This document shows positions 13,876-25,709 of a stretch of DNA of 64,000 nt, in pieces (position 1 is the stretch's first letter; every line of letters starts with the position of its first letter). Both the position numbers and the translations under genes were made by a program. The stretch lies in contig CM082590.2 of NCBI GenBank assembly GCA_040954595.2, positions 7,750,001 through 7,814,000 of the forward strand, given 5' to 3'. This DNA comes from Balanoglossus misakiensis. Taxonomy: Eukaryota; Animalia; Hemichordata. The notes under the pieces are model-generated. The model saw only the letters and a list, made by a program, of their open reading frames with translations. It was not told the DNA's origin and did no database searches.

Positions 13876-16848
13876 GCGGTGGTGATGATGAGGATGATGA
13901 TGATGATGGTGATGATGATGATGATGGCGGTGGTGATGATGATGATGGCGGTGGTGATGATGATGATGAGGATGATGAGGACAATGATGATGATAATGAT
14001 GATGATCGAGGATGATGATGATGATGCTTGCAACAGAAGCCCATAGTCTTCAAAAATCTTTGTTGTATACTGCCCTCAACTCTCCTTTCTAAAATACTTC
14101 CCCCAACACATATGGCTATTTAAAATTGCCACCATCTGGCTGTCGTCTAGAATTATATTAATGTCCCGTGTATAAATACGGCACAAATTTCTTAAAATAC
14201 CTTACCTTAGTACAGTCATCATATTGCTGTAGTAGTTCCTGGTAGATAAAAGGAAATCACAAAATTAAAAAAGAAAAGTTAATTTAAAATATTTTAAAGT
14301 CTTCTTTGTGCATATATTAAAGGTAAACGCTCATCTCTAATTTACATATGCCTATATATGGTCAAAAAGGCATCTCTATGTCTTTGAATGACAATGCAGC
14401 AGCTGACCCTTGTTTCCAAGGAAACAAGTTCATGCACTTAAAAAAAGGGCAGCGAGAGAGACTTTGTCCCTTTAATAGAAATGCATACTCACATATAAAA
14501 AAAGCTGTATGTGTATTAATTACTCACCTTTGACCTCGGACCAGGTACTTCTGTTTTCATTAACGGGCCATCGTATTCATCGGGAAATAGATTTGTGACT
14601 TGGGATGCAAATCGAACTGCAAAGATAGAAGAACCAATTGCACACAAATTATCACCTGTTAAACTTCAACGTTGGTGCAGACATCAGGAGAGAAACAAGC
14701 ATGTCAACAATAAAACAAAAAAAACAAATAATAAATAAAATAAAATATACACATATACGTAAATACGTTTGTACATGTATTACATAGTTAATTAATTAAT
14801 TAATTCATGCATGCATTCATTCATTTATCCACTCATTCATTCATTCTATCCCTTTCTCTACTCTATGTTCGGTTGCATGTTTTGTCTTGTATGTCTCTCT
14901 CTCTCTCCTCTATTAAATTCTTTTTCACAATGTTTTATTGCAGTCCAAGAATGCCACCTAAACACCAGCAATGAAAGTCTGGAAACTGCTGTATTAAATA
15001 CTTGTAGCTATTTTAAGTGTCACCATCCGCTGTCTTCAAGCCGTTGGTAAAATTCAACCAAAAGGTACGTGTGCTATACTGTGCTATGCTGCCCTCATTT
15101 TTAAAGGAACCGCCCCCTCCTTCGCGTTAGTGGCGACAGAATATTTTTTTCATCATTGGAGTCGACACAAATATATGGTTGCGCTATTTTTTTCTCAAAG
15201 GCGCAGTACACAAGTGCAATGATTCAGTCTTTGCTTATGTTGTTTATTACACGCGTTGTGATTTCCGTGACCTGTTTTACCCCCCCCCCCCCCCAGTCCA
15301 AGGACGCTCCCTGACCGGTCACATTGATCATCTGTACGATCGTACGATCGGGACTTGGCAGCCTCGCTGTAAACGGATGTTTATCTGAGATATATATGTA
15401 TATATCCCTTTGACATCCCAAGGTCGTTTCATAAGTATGTCACACAACAAAGCGCGTCTGCGCGATTTCCAAGACAACGTACGCGTCGGCGCGATTGTCA
15501 AGAGGGCGCGCGCGTCTAGATGGAGAAATATACACGCATTCAGCCGCGAAACAAACTTTTATCGATTAGTGTAACGGATGTTTTAATCGATACCTGAATT
15601 CAGATTTCGCAGGTAAACGTGCTCAGTGTGTAGATGTGTTTACAGTTATATAGCCAGGGAGTTTGGCGGTCGAACACACTGGGAAGATAACAGTGCTATG
15701 TACTTTTTTTAAATATTTAATACAGTCGGATTATTTATTATTTCGGGTTACGCCCACACATAAAAATGTCAGTGCCATTGTATAGAGAGTCGCATTTATT
15801 GGATTTCATGACAGTTGACTACGTTGTTTACGATTCGGTGTCGCGCGCATTGTCCTTCAAAGCATACCGATCGATCAAGGTTACTTTGAACTATATTGTC
15901 GGGGTCACGTTCTCACCAGGGGGAGGGGGGGGGGTTCTGCAGTTGAGAAAAAGTGGAGGCCACGATAAATATGCGAGACACTCCTCGCGCCCGCCTGATC
16001 GCGTGAGTGGTTCGGTACTGAAGAAAAGGCACTGTTGCCCTGGTTTAGTTTAGACATGTCGAGTGCACAGTAATGATGAAATATGACAATGACGCGACAT
16101 GGCTGGGTGGCGTCACATCAATAGCCCAAAAGGGGTCAGCGAGACCGTTGTTATTCTCAGTGAGTATTTATTGTCCTTGTCTGAATGATAGAGACGCGCT
16201 AGGGGAAAAACAACTTGACATCGACTTGGCAGCTGATCAATTTCAACCCATACAGAATTCTGTCCATTTCACATCCCTGTAATACATTTCGCGACCTTCT
16301 TTACAAGTTATTTTTTAGCTAAATCCATTAAGCTCTTTGGATTATAATACATTTCATCCGGGTTGTTTTTTCGGTATATATTTCATGTTATGCATTCGTT
16401 CAACCGATCGTGCATTAGAATATTCATAATTTTCCATATTTTTGTAATTAATGATGAGAGAAGAGCCTCGTTTCAAACCAGAGCAATTAATTATGATCCA
16501 TTCTGGGAACTTAATACCCAGTCACGAGATATCGCTGTATTAAATTAATGAAGCAGTAGAAATTTCTCTCTGTTAATTTTTTTCACTTTTGTACAAACGA
16601 ATTTGTTTTCATCTAAAAAAAATCGCGCAAAAGCGGTCATCGAACTCGCGCCTGTGTGAGTGCTTTCAAATCATCAGCTGTATGTCTATCGAGTTACAAA
16701 GACTTCAAGGTCACACAATCTTCCGATGACAATTAAGTGATCCGGCATCTGATAAAACACAAAAAAACCTACCGTAAGGCTGCTCCGCTTTCACGCAGTG
16801 ATGAAAACGAAGACGCTGGCTGAACGCGCCCAGGACGCGGAGCGCCAT
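4498..16848 (-). CDS. ABAT: 4-aminobutyrate aminotransferase, mitochondrial (GABA transaminase), 15 coding exons, 511 aa
   Basis: Exons (minus): 16773-16848, 14528-14616, 14206-14238, 13544-13661, 13214-13263, 12478-12558, 11607-11699, 10798-10860, 9369-9432, 8653-8801, 8032-8169, 7281-7448, 6447-6593, 5936-6047, 4498-4652. All GT-AG with consistent phases; total 1536 nt. Motifs: Arg-rich presequence [36 protein letters not shown] (2Fe-2S cysteines), [30 protein letters not shown] (PLP lysine), [15 protein letters not shown]. Confidence 0.97.
4732..5745. repeat. MITE copy followed by a 73-bp minisatellite (~12.7 copies) in ABAT intron 14
   Basis: Unit gtgaattgcacagggactgtaacaaagtggccactatatagagttggccactaacacaggtttgactgtacat starts at 4808, 4881, 4954 ... 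5684. 4732-4877 is the reverse complement of the element at 53586-53728. Confidence 0.95.
7556..7734. mobile_element. pogo/Tigger-like MITE
   Basis: agtgaaacctgtc...gacagatttcactgta with internal gaggtgtcctt repeats. Confidence 0.7.
8983..9140 (-). mobile_element. 3' end of an L2/CR1-type LINE
   Basis: Minus strand encodes [10 protein letters not shown] (typical ORF2 C-terminus), followed by an agcgct...gcgct stem region and a (TTGA)n tail. Confidence 0.65.
9696..9895. mobile_element. TACTGTAAAAC...GTTTTACAGTA MITE family (TA-flanked, ~200 bp)
   Basis: Inverted ends tactgtaaaacacttt...aaagtgttttacagta with internal ttttcgcg/cgcgaaaa motifs. Confidence 0.85.
10259..10615. mobile_element. Palindromic MITE with TTAA flanks (Kolobok-like; family 'AGGGACAAAGTCTCTCTC')
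   Basis: TTAA-AGGGACAAAGTCTCTCTC...GAGAGAGACTTTGTCCCT-TTAA with long (~130 bp) inverted arms. Confidence 0.85.
11315..11527. mobile_element. Internally deleted copy of the AGGGACAAAG palindromic MITE
   Basis: ttaaaggaacacagtccctctctcgctgccc...gggcagcgagagagagactttgtccctttaa. Confidence 0.8.
12124..12303. mobile_element. pogo/Tigger-like MITE
   Basis: TA-CAGTAAAACTCCAATTATCCGAAC...GTTCGGATAATTGGAGTTTTACTG-TA: perfect ~24 bp TIRs with TA flanks. Confidence 0.85.
12619..12810. mobile_element. TACTGTAAAAC MITE family copy
   Basis: Inverted termini; near-identical to 18420-18631. Confidence 0.85.
13800..14026. repeat. Compound (GTT)n/(GAT)n/(GGT) trinucleotide microsatellite in ABAT intron 3
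   Basis: Directly visible; produces the poly-I/D/M/S spurious ORFs. Confidence 0.95.
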
Positions 16849-17100
16849 CGCTGATATGATAATTATCTCAGACGCGAAACGCAGGATTCAGTACCCAAGT
16901 ACGTCCACCTTACGCGCGCATCGCTTGTATTCTGAAATCGTTAGGTTTTATTCGCCTTGAAGCGATCGAAAACAGAATGCATGATCCAGTTCCAACCAGT
17001 TTCACCTGTGAAATAGCCTTGCTGGGGCGGCGCTTGATATGTTAATCCTCAGCCTTGGTGCGCTGATGACATTGCATAATATATTCCCCTGAGTGTACTC
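16600..17100 (-). promoter_or_regulatory. CpG-rich promoter/first-exon region of ABAT
   Basis: CpG density is high around the ATG at 16848 compared with the AT-rich flanks; GGGGCGG box near 17024. TSS not determinable. Confidence 0.45.
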
Positions 17101-17392
17101 CGTAGCATCAGCTGTCTGCTGTACTAACAATCATTAAGGCCCAGGGATCAATTACATGTAACGTTGCGACAGTGATCAAGAAAATATACTAATGACTCGA
17201 CTAGAAGGATCGCTTCAGTATCTGTGTCAGAGCGACGTTGAGATTATTTATGACTATGATGGGGTGGGCATGGTACCTGAGCTGACAGTGCGTGTTATTT
17301 GGGAGTAGTCATGCGTAAAATACTGCTCAGTAGTTGTGTGTAAATTGGTTTTGACAAATATTAAAGACAGAAAACACATAATAGCGAAAAAA

Positions 17393-17393
17393 T

Positions 17394-17449
<56 letters not shown>

Positions 17450-17523
17450 GGTGGTGGTGGTGGTGATGGTGGTGATAGATAGATAGATAGATAGATCGAT
17501 AGATCGATAGATAGATAGATAGG

Positions 17524-17594
<71 letters not shown>

Positions 17595-17611
17595 GTAGAT
17601 AAGTAGGTAGG

Positions 17612-17696
<85 letters not shown>

Positions 17697-17721
17697 CGAT
17701 AGATAGATAGATAGATAGATA
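17393..17721. repeat. Compound (GAT)n(GGT)n(GATA)n microsatellite
   Basis: Directly visible, upstream of ABAT. Confidence 0.97.
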
Positions 17722-17952
17722 GTTTCGAAATAAAATCTTGGAAATACGGCAAAATGGTGGCAGCTTCTAAGGCTTTCTGTTGAGAGAAAAATGTATTCCT
17801 AAGTTTCAGAATGAAGTCTGAAATACTTCATAGTTTATGTTTTCAGATGTAAAAGTACATGTACCTCGTTGCCAACATTATCTCAAACGGCGGACAATCA
17901 ACGATCGCTATGCGATCGAGTTCCACCAGTTTGGTCCGCAACATTTTCGTTT

Positions 17953-18223
17953 CCAAATAAAAACAAAAGTTTCAAGAGGGCGTGCTTTATCTGTCATCTC
18001 CGCCGGAAAGCTCCAAATAAAAACAAAAGTTTCAAGAGGGCGTGCTTTATCTGTCATCTCCGCCGGAAAGCTCCAAATAAAAACAAAAGTTTCAAGAGGG
18101 CGTGCTTTATCTGTCATCTCCGCCGGAAAGAGCTCCAAATAAAAACAAAAGTTCAAGAGGGCGTGCTTTATCTGTCATCTCCGCCGGAAAGCTCCAAATA
18201 AAAACAAAAGTTTCAAGAGGGCG
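17953..18223. repeat. 60-bp minisatellite, ~4.5 copies
   Basis: Unit ccaaataaaaacaaaagtttcaagagggcgtgctttatctgtcatctccgccggaaagct. Confidence 0.95.
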
Positions 18224-18419
18224 CTCTTCACCTGTCACAATGGGGAAAAAGTTGACCAATCACATTGCGAAAATAATGTCTGTTTGCTCTCCAGTCCAAA
18301 CCTACACTTCACGGAATTCAACTTTTAAAATTCTAAATTAGAATTCTATCTGCATTACGACCTCTTAGCCTGCAGACGAGCACACCTTATCATATAAGTA
18401 CAAACTATCAAATAAACTA

Positions 18420-18631
18420 TACTGTAAAACACTTTATTTTCGCGAGCAATTAATTTTCGCCAAATACGCGAGAGCCAAAATAGCGTGAAAATAAAATGTC
18501 GCGTAAATTGTTTTTGAAGATAACGATGCAGTGAATGAAATAAGAGAACGCGAAAATTAATACTCGCGAAACAGTGGCCTTTCTCGATATCGCGAAAAAT
18601 TTCACCCGCGAAAATGAATTGTTTTACAGTA
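18420..18631. mobile_element. TACTGTAAAAC MITE family copy
   Basis: tactgtaaaacactttattttcgcgagc...gttttacagta. Confidence 0.85.
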
Positions 18632-19597
18632 TTTCATTAATACTATCTAAGCTGACATGTCCCCCTGCCACTGACCGCTTGCATTGTAATGCCCTGTCCA
18701 CTGCAAGGGCACCAGAGACTTCATATGTGGGCCAAACAATGAATTATAAGGCCACGACAGTGGTTCTCTAAAAAACCAAGGGCCATGTCATGTGATTAAA
18801 GTGTAAAAACTCTGGAAATTCGAGAATTCGAGAATTCAGGGCTGGTAGGGGTGCATATACCGGTATTATACAAATCAACACCTACTCGAAGTCATATGAA
18901 TTGCTCGCATATACTGGTATGTGCTATCGCCCTATTTGTCTTCAATTTAGCACCACCAGCGACCAGATCGTCATCATTATCATAATCGTCGTCGTCGTCA
19001 TTCTTTTTCATCACTATACCACCACTATCACCACCACTGGTAAATATGATATCGAGACAGAGCGCCACCAAGTGATGGTAGTGTGTGTGTGCCGATGGGG
19101 ACACGCTAATTATTATCAATTCATTATCTATCAATGGGTAAAATACTCAACCTCTGACCACCCCTGTTTATATTAAATACTAACTTCTTTCACCAAACAC
19201 AAACATAGTAGGACTACAATACAGCGTAACCGGTGATGTGAATCCACCTTAACATTGCCACTTCTTTTTGGGTACAGGATTACCATGCTGATAGCAAACT
19301 GGATGCACAACCATGTACTTGAACCTCGACGGTGTACCTTGACAGACCACTTGATACGACGATGATGAATTGCAGTGAAGCCCAGCCTTCAGGTAAGCCT
19401 GACTGTTCAACAGGTGTTATTCTCAAATAGGAAGTTAAGCGTAGCTCTGCGTACAGGTCTGTGTGTTCCCACTAATCATAAGGGTAGTTTCAATCTATAT
19501 AAACTCTGTAGTGAGACAAATTGTGATTTTTTGAAATCGGTTTTATTCAAGACGGTCAGCCAAAGTTAGAGCTTACAAGTGACAAATCAGTCAAGCA

Positions 19598-20917
19598 TCA
19601 AAATGAACACATTGCACACGTTAATTCGTTACCGTCGACATAATTATCGCAGGGTAATGCAGTGCCAGATGCACATTGCCCCTCTACTGGCACTATAAAA
19701 CCCCCACCTTGGCCTGCATTTGTACTTGGGACAACCCTACCCTCCTCATCAACACACACTGCTTCAACACTATCATATGTGGCAGAATCGTATCGTGCTC
19801 CAACCAAATAGCCACTGTACTGAAGCTGCCACCCTGTGGGGCAATCGTTTCGCGCCGGATATAACATTGAAGTACTATGCAGGTCGTCTATGCACACTAT
19901 GCATGGCAGATCATTTAAATACTGTGATGCAAATGGACCAGTAGATGCCCGGTATTCTTGAGCATACAAGCGCCCTCGACCAGATTGTGAACCGGCAACG
20001 ATAACGGTGTCATCGTATATAGGGGTGAAAGGCAGGCATAGAAAATTTCCGCCATCGCCAATGTTAGTGTAGTATTTACCTGCCATGATACCTATATAGA
20101 AAGATTATAAAACAAAAAGAAAGTAAACCAAATGACGCAATTAATTTCTTTGTAAGTTTCATCACCCTGCATATATGTTCTCATTTCAGTAGTGAATAAG
20201 GCAGTTTCCTGTAGTTCATGACGATAAGTTTCATATCCTGTGAAACATTCAGTGTCGAGCAAAGTTATGTGGGAATGGTACAAATGAAGGCAGTGCCAGT
20301 CTAGAAAAAGTAAAAGTTCATGTTCAATATTTACCATTGTAAACAATTTTTGCTGTTGGTGGACATTCGTTATGGCCCCATCTTGTGAACACAGTTCCTT
20401 GGGCTCCATGAATTACTGGAAGAATGATGTTAATTGAACCCCCGTTGTGTATGCACGAGAAGGTTAGGGTAGAGAGATAGAGAGAGTGATATGTATAATT
20501 TGGACGTCAGCATAGAAAAATGTCAAGAAAAATCACATCATTCACAATACTCAAATTCAAGGAAAGTGCGTCCTCCCACAGGGTTTCATGAAATAAGTTA
20601 TTTCGGAAATTGTTGAAAAAAGTGAACATTACTAGTTCATAAACGTTCTGCTTTGTGATAATACAGGTACAATGTTGGTACAATGTTGGAAATAGTGTAG
20701 CGGTTACATCAAGTCGATCAATGTATAAAATACATAAGCACATGTATTATAGTGAATTGCCTATAGTAAGCATTTTCAATACAATATGCCTTTGGGGGCA
20801 ATATGTGAAAAATGATAGACATGATGTAGGCAACGTACTTGGCCGATAGATTGACTCACCTCTAACTTCGTAGAGCAACAACAACATCAGAGAGATGAAC
20901 ACCCCTTTCACAGACAT
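19598..20917 (-). CDS. Secreted short-chain collagen C4-like (NC1-related Cys-rich domain) protein, paralog A, 210 aa
   Basis: Exons 20860-20917 (signal peptide MSVKGVFISLMLLLLYEVR), 20335-20415 (VFTRWGHNECP...VYNG), 19598-20091 (MAGKYY..GGNFLCLP..LPCIVC..YPARNDCPTGWQLQYSGYL..VCVD..PVEGQC..LPC..Y..GNELTCAMC). GT-AG, phase 1/1. Confidence 0.88.
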
Positions 20918-22380
20918 GGTGTGACTGATACCAGTCATCAATGTTAGTGACTTGTATCTGCAAAGTACTGGATATTTCATTCTAACTGGTTTTTATCGCC
21001 TCACCCAAATGACATTTTTTTTTTTTTTGTTCAAATGAGAAAACAACATGTGTATTTGTCAGTTTCCTGTAGGCATATCAATTTATCACACATGCATTAG
21101 TCATGGTTTATCAAAACAAGATATGCATTCGACACAAGCTGGGAACCCCAGTTGACAAAGATATGTTAAAGGACAAAGTCGCTAAACTCTTACACTACCG
21201 GTATGTTCGTATTTTAGAATCTATACTCAATAGTTGGACCAGTTGTCAATTGGCTCACTTCACAACCAGTACATGGATATATTTCACATGAATACTTCCA
21301 TCTTATAATTTTTGGTCAGTACCAAAAATTATAATGTAGAAGTATTCAAATGTTAAATCCCCATGTACAGGGTGTGAGTGGAGTTGTAACATCTAGTCAT
21401 AATAGCATGTTTCAGTGGGTAGAATGATGCATTCAGTACAACACATCCACAAAATCAAAATCTTTACGCTCGTAGCCATAACCTATTGCGTGGCAGCTGG
21501 GCTGTGTGTCTTATGGCGATGCCTCCACACCAGGGCCATTCAAACCCATCAATTCATCTGCGCCTATTAGGCGAAACCTCAAAGTGGAATTTTTGAACTT
21601 GATTTATTATCAGAATCAAATCCTTTCATGACTGTAAGAAATGAGAAGAATGCTAGTCAATCAAAATTACCAAATTCATCATTCATTATCATACAAGATT
21701 TTTATTTTATAAACCAGAATACACTGTGCTTTCTAACATAATAATTACTATACTCGGCTAGGGACAAACACATACGGACTGATTCCCATTCCAGAATTCC
21801 AGAACCAGTTTCATTATTTCTGTCCAGCATCATCTCACATAGAGCACTGTACCTATGTCACTTGAATCACTGAGTAAAAACAGGTTACTTGTATATTGAC
21901 TGGCCATGAGCGTAACATGCCACTGTCCACCTGAGGCAGCTTCCGAAATTGCAAAGCAAATAGCAAAAAATTGGTAGGTTTGAAGGACTGGTATTTTTTC
22001 AATAAATCTCTGTGAATTCGATAATTGAAAACTCTGTGCCAGATATGACAGCAGTCAAGCAAGGCCAGTATAAATGTATGTCGAACCATTCAAATCTGAC
22101 GCAAGTCTACCTCATTATATTGATTGATGATGAGTTGCATTCAAATAGTGTCTATGTATTAAGTTGGATATTAATTACTTGATAAATTTTTCTCAATATT
22201 GAAAAAATTCACTATAATAGCGGTATATTCTTGTTTATAATTCATTTATTCCAATCAAAATTCTGACACAACTTGTTAGTTGTATACATAATATTCCCAT
22301 GTGCAATGTTGAGCAAGAATGAAGATGAGCAAATATCATTTCCCTCTTTGTATTAAACTTAGTTCACATTCTATAGAAAT

Positions 22381-23724
22381 CTATATGGCACATACAGCAC
22401 ATGTTAATTCATTTCCGCTAACATAAGGCAAACATGGAATCGAACCACCAGTGATACATTGAACTTCAACTGGATATATGTGTGCACCTTCCACGTTAGC
22501 TGATGTGCCAGGCATTACCCTGCCCTCAATATCAACACAGACAAACTGCATGATACGGTCACCGTATCTAGCTGACATTAAGTAACCATGGTATTCAACA
22601 TCCCAACCGGTAGGGCAGTCGTTTCTGGCTGGGTATAATATGACGTTATTGCGAAGCTCGTCCAGGCACACAGCGCAAGGGACGTCGTTATACTGATTCG
22701 ATGCGAATGGACCACCCTCCGTTGCTGACGTTGAGTATTGTGTATGGTGAATATAGCCGCGATCAGTCTGCATACCAGGTTCTACCACTCCATTATCGTA
22801 AGTTGGAATTCCAGGCAGACAGAGGTAATTGTAGCCGTCTCCAGTATTGTTGTATCGACTTCCAGCCATTATGCCTAAAATGTGAAAATTAGTGTTGAAG
22901 CTGTCATATGTTCGAGTTTAGTGGCTATGTGAATTTCAAACATCGAATCAGGTTCTCCAAAACATTTAGTACACAATGCTAGCGGCATTTGTCAAATAAC
23001 GAGTTTGAAATTTCTCCAGTATACATGTATGTATACTACATTGTATATCATGTCTTACCATTGTATACGCGTGTGGTGGTTGCCGGACAGTCAAAATGAC
23101 CCCATCTTGTAAATAGGGCGCCATAAGCAGTTGTAGCTTTGGAGGAAAAATAAAAGACTTTATCATATATTCAACGCCTGTATTTGCCACTTTCTATTGT
23201 TCTCACAGTGAAGATGTTGGGCGGTGTTTTCACCGAGTGAAAATACCGAATAATATTTTCACCACGCACCAGAGACCGCGCACGGACGCGCTAAATCATC
23301 ACACAAACCACAGTCGCATGGTGTTGTGGTGAACTGAGTTCTCGGCGCATTTTCGCAAATCGTACTGTTTTATGAGTATCCATGAATGATAAAGGGGTTA
23401 TTCACTTAGTTTGGTCGATAACACGTCGTATTCTCGTGATGGTCCGTATTTTAACTCGTTGTTTCGCAACTCATTAAAATATGGACACATCACACGAATA
23501 CGACGCGTTATCGACCAAACTTCATGTAATAACCCCTAAGTATCAAGTTAACACGGTAGAACTTTTTTCAAAAGAACGTTCTCACTAAGAACGAAAGTCA
23601 GCAACTACATGTAATGGTAGTAATCAATGGTAATTTCTAAATCCTTACCCTGCCCACTAAAAGTTTCGTCACTACCATGGACAAGTGTAAAACAGATGGC
23701 TGTAAGAATGGCAGCTTGAATCAT
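22381..23724 (-). CDS. Secreted short-chain collagen C4-like protein, paralog B, 215 aa
   Basis: Exons 23649-23724 (signal MIQAAILTAICFTLVHG), 23059-23136 (LFTRWGHFDCP..VYNG), 22381-22874 (NYLCLP..DVPCAVC..YPARNDCPTGWDVEYHGYLM..FVCVD..YPVEVQC..ELTCAVC). Same intron phases as paralog A. Confidence 0.88.
23393..23537. mobile_element. ~145 bp palindromic (foldback) element in intron 1 of paralog B
   Basis: aggggttatt..agtttggtcgataacacgtcgtattc...gaatacgacgcgttatcgaccaaact..aataacccct; the arms pair almost to the centre. Confidence 0.8.
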
Positions 23725-24333
23725 CTTGTCTATCGAATAAATTTGAACATATGTTCCTCACATTTTATTCAGCAAGTCGAAAATTAATCAATGGTCCAGA
23801 TTGTAATCTAAATATTGCCGTGGTAGGTCATGTGTTTATATCTTTTATGCACGTGGGAATTTCTTTTTTCTTGTAATGTGACTGGTATGGTATCTGATAA
23901 AAATTTTAGTAAATCGTTGTCGGAGAAAAACAGCTCTGTAGATTCTCATGGTTATGATAGAAGATAAACAATCATGACGCATCCTGAAAAGTTGGAAACA
24001 ATTCCCCTGCCCTTGTATAGGTTTAGTGACTGGTTTTCTCATAGACACATTGTCTTGCAATTACTCTGACTTTGGGAGGTGTGGGGCAGAGGGCGAGAGG
24101 GGGGGGGGGGGGGTGATTGGTTTGAATTCGAGAATTGTGTTCTGCCCTTTTCAGATTTTGATACTCCCCTTTTTGAGGGTTTGGAGATTATTCTCAAGCC
24201 GTACCTTAGCATAAACGTGAATATCGCAAATTTGTGGTCATGTGAGAAATAGAATCTCACACACCAAGGCCCTTAGATCGTATTTCTCACACTTGTTGGG
24301 GATTTTCTGTCCCACACGAGCCGCATTATTAGT

Positions 24334-24523
24334 CTAGTGGTGGTAATTTAATTGTGTCACAAAGCAATTCAGGGTGCATATGAACGAGTTAGCATCCAAG
24401 TCTAAACAAAGCCATTATGTCTTTAATAATTCCCTTGCACCAAGTTTAAACAGATGAATGTTCAGCAAAAGATGCAAAGTTTGGCTGGGCAATTTAAACG
24501 TCATTGGTAATTACCACCACTAG
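24334..24523. mobile_element. MITE-like element with 15 bp perfect TIRs
   Basis: CTAGTGGTGGTAATT ... AATTACCACCACTAG. Confidence 0.65.
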
Positions 24524-24664
24524 CCTGAAAGTATACATAAAACAATTAAGAGTTTTAATTGATAGATTACTTTATTCATTTTTCCATATATTTAACAGAA
24601 CAGTTTACAATGCACATGATATATTATTAAGCCATTAATGTACACATGATACTTTATTGTGCTA

Positions 24665-25709
24665 TTAATGTGCACATACTGCACAGGATAGCTCGTTGCC
24701 GTGGACGTAAGGTGTACAAGAAATGGCAGCACCATTGTTGCAAGTAACTTCAACAGGATAGATATGTCCTTGGCTAGTGGCAGTATGTGTTCCGGACACC
24801 ACTCTACCCCAGACATCAACGCAAACATATTCTGTGGCTGGAGAAGTATAAGGTGCGGACATCAAAAAGCCATAGTATTCAATGTCCCACCCACTAGGAC
24901 AATCACTGCGCGCTGGGTACATAAATGTGTTATTGTGGAAGTTATCCAGACAGACAGCACAGGGTACGTCATAGTATCTGTTGCTTCGAAAAGGACCTGT
25001 TGATCCTCGATATTCTGTTGAATAAAGATGAGCCCTTTCGGCCTCGGTACCAGCATCAATAGTACCATAAATTGGCTGGTCAGGCATACACAAGTAATTG
25101 ACGAAGCTCCCGACTGTACCGTAGTATTTACTTCCCATGACGCCTGAAAAGAAAATTAAACGTTTAGTTTCTTGTTACAGTTATGTTATAGCAAAATAGC
25201 AATCATTCAAAACCAGCATACTGGTAGTCACACAATATACCGGTACTTGTCATAGAATACAGTCATTAATTAAGCTATTTCTAAAATCATGTTTGCATCG
25301 TACCACAAACAAGATCACTGCATACGGTTAACCGTCCTGTGCATATGCTGAGCTTTTCGAGAAAATATATGACATTATGAGGATAAGGTCAATTAAAATG
25401 TACCTTTATAAACGAGAGTTGTAGGTGTTGGACAAGCCTCATGTCCCCATCTGGTAAAAACGACGGCACTGCTTTCATTTGCCCCTGAAAATCGTGGACA
25501 ACGCATAAGTACAGTAATTCTGAAAGGAGGAATTCATTTAATGTTTTTCTCTCAACGATTATCCCCCAGTCTCTGTCTTTTAGTCTCTGTAAGTCACCCT
25601 CTCTTTCTGTCCGTCTCTCTCTAACTGATCATTCGAAAGAGTGTTTAGATTTACCTGCTGGTCCATTCAACAACACTGTTGAAACCAGTATCATCACAAA
25701 GGGAGTCAT
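24665..25709 (-). CDS. Secreted short-chain collagen C4-like protein, paralog C, 204 aa
   Basis: Exons 25655-25709 (MTPFVMILVSTVLLNGPA), 25404-25484 (VFTRWGHEACP..VYKG), 24665-25143 (NYLCMP..DVPCAVC..YPARSDCPSGWDIEYYGFLM..YVCVD..YPVEVTC..ELSCAVC). Same gene structure as A and B. Confidence 0.87.

Noticed and set aside
13398-14053. Poly-I/D/M/S ORFs
   Set aside because: Trinucleotide microsatellite; only 13544-13661 is a real ABAT exon.
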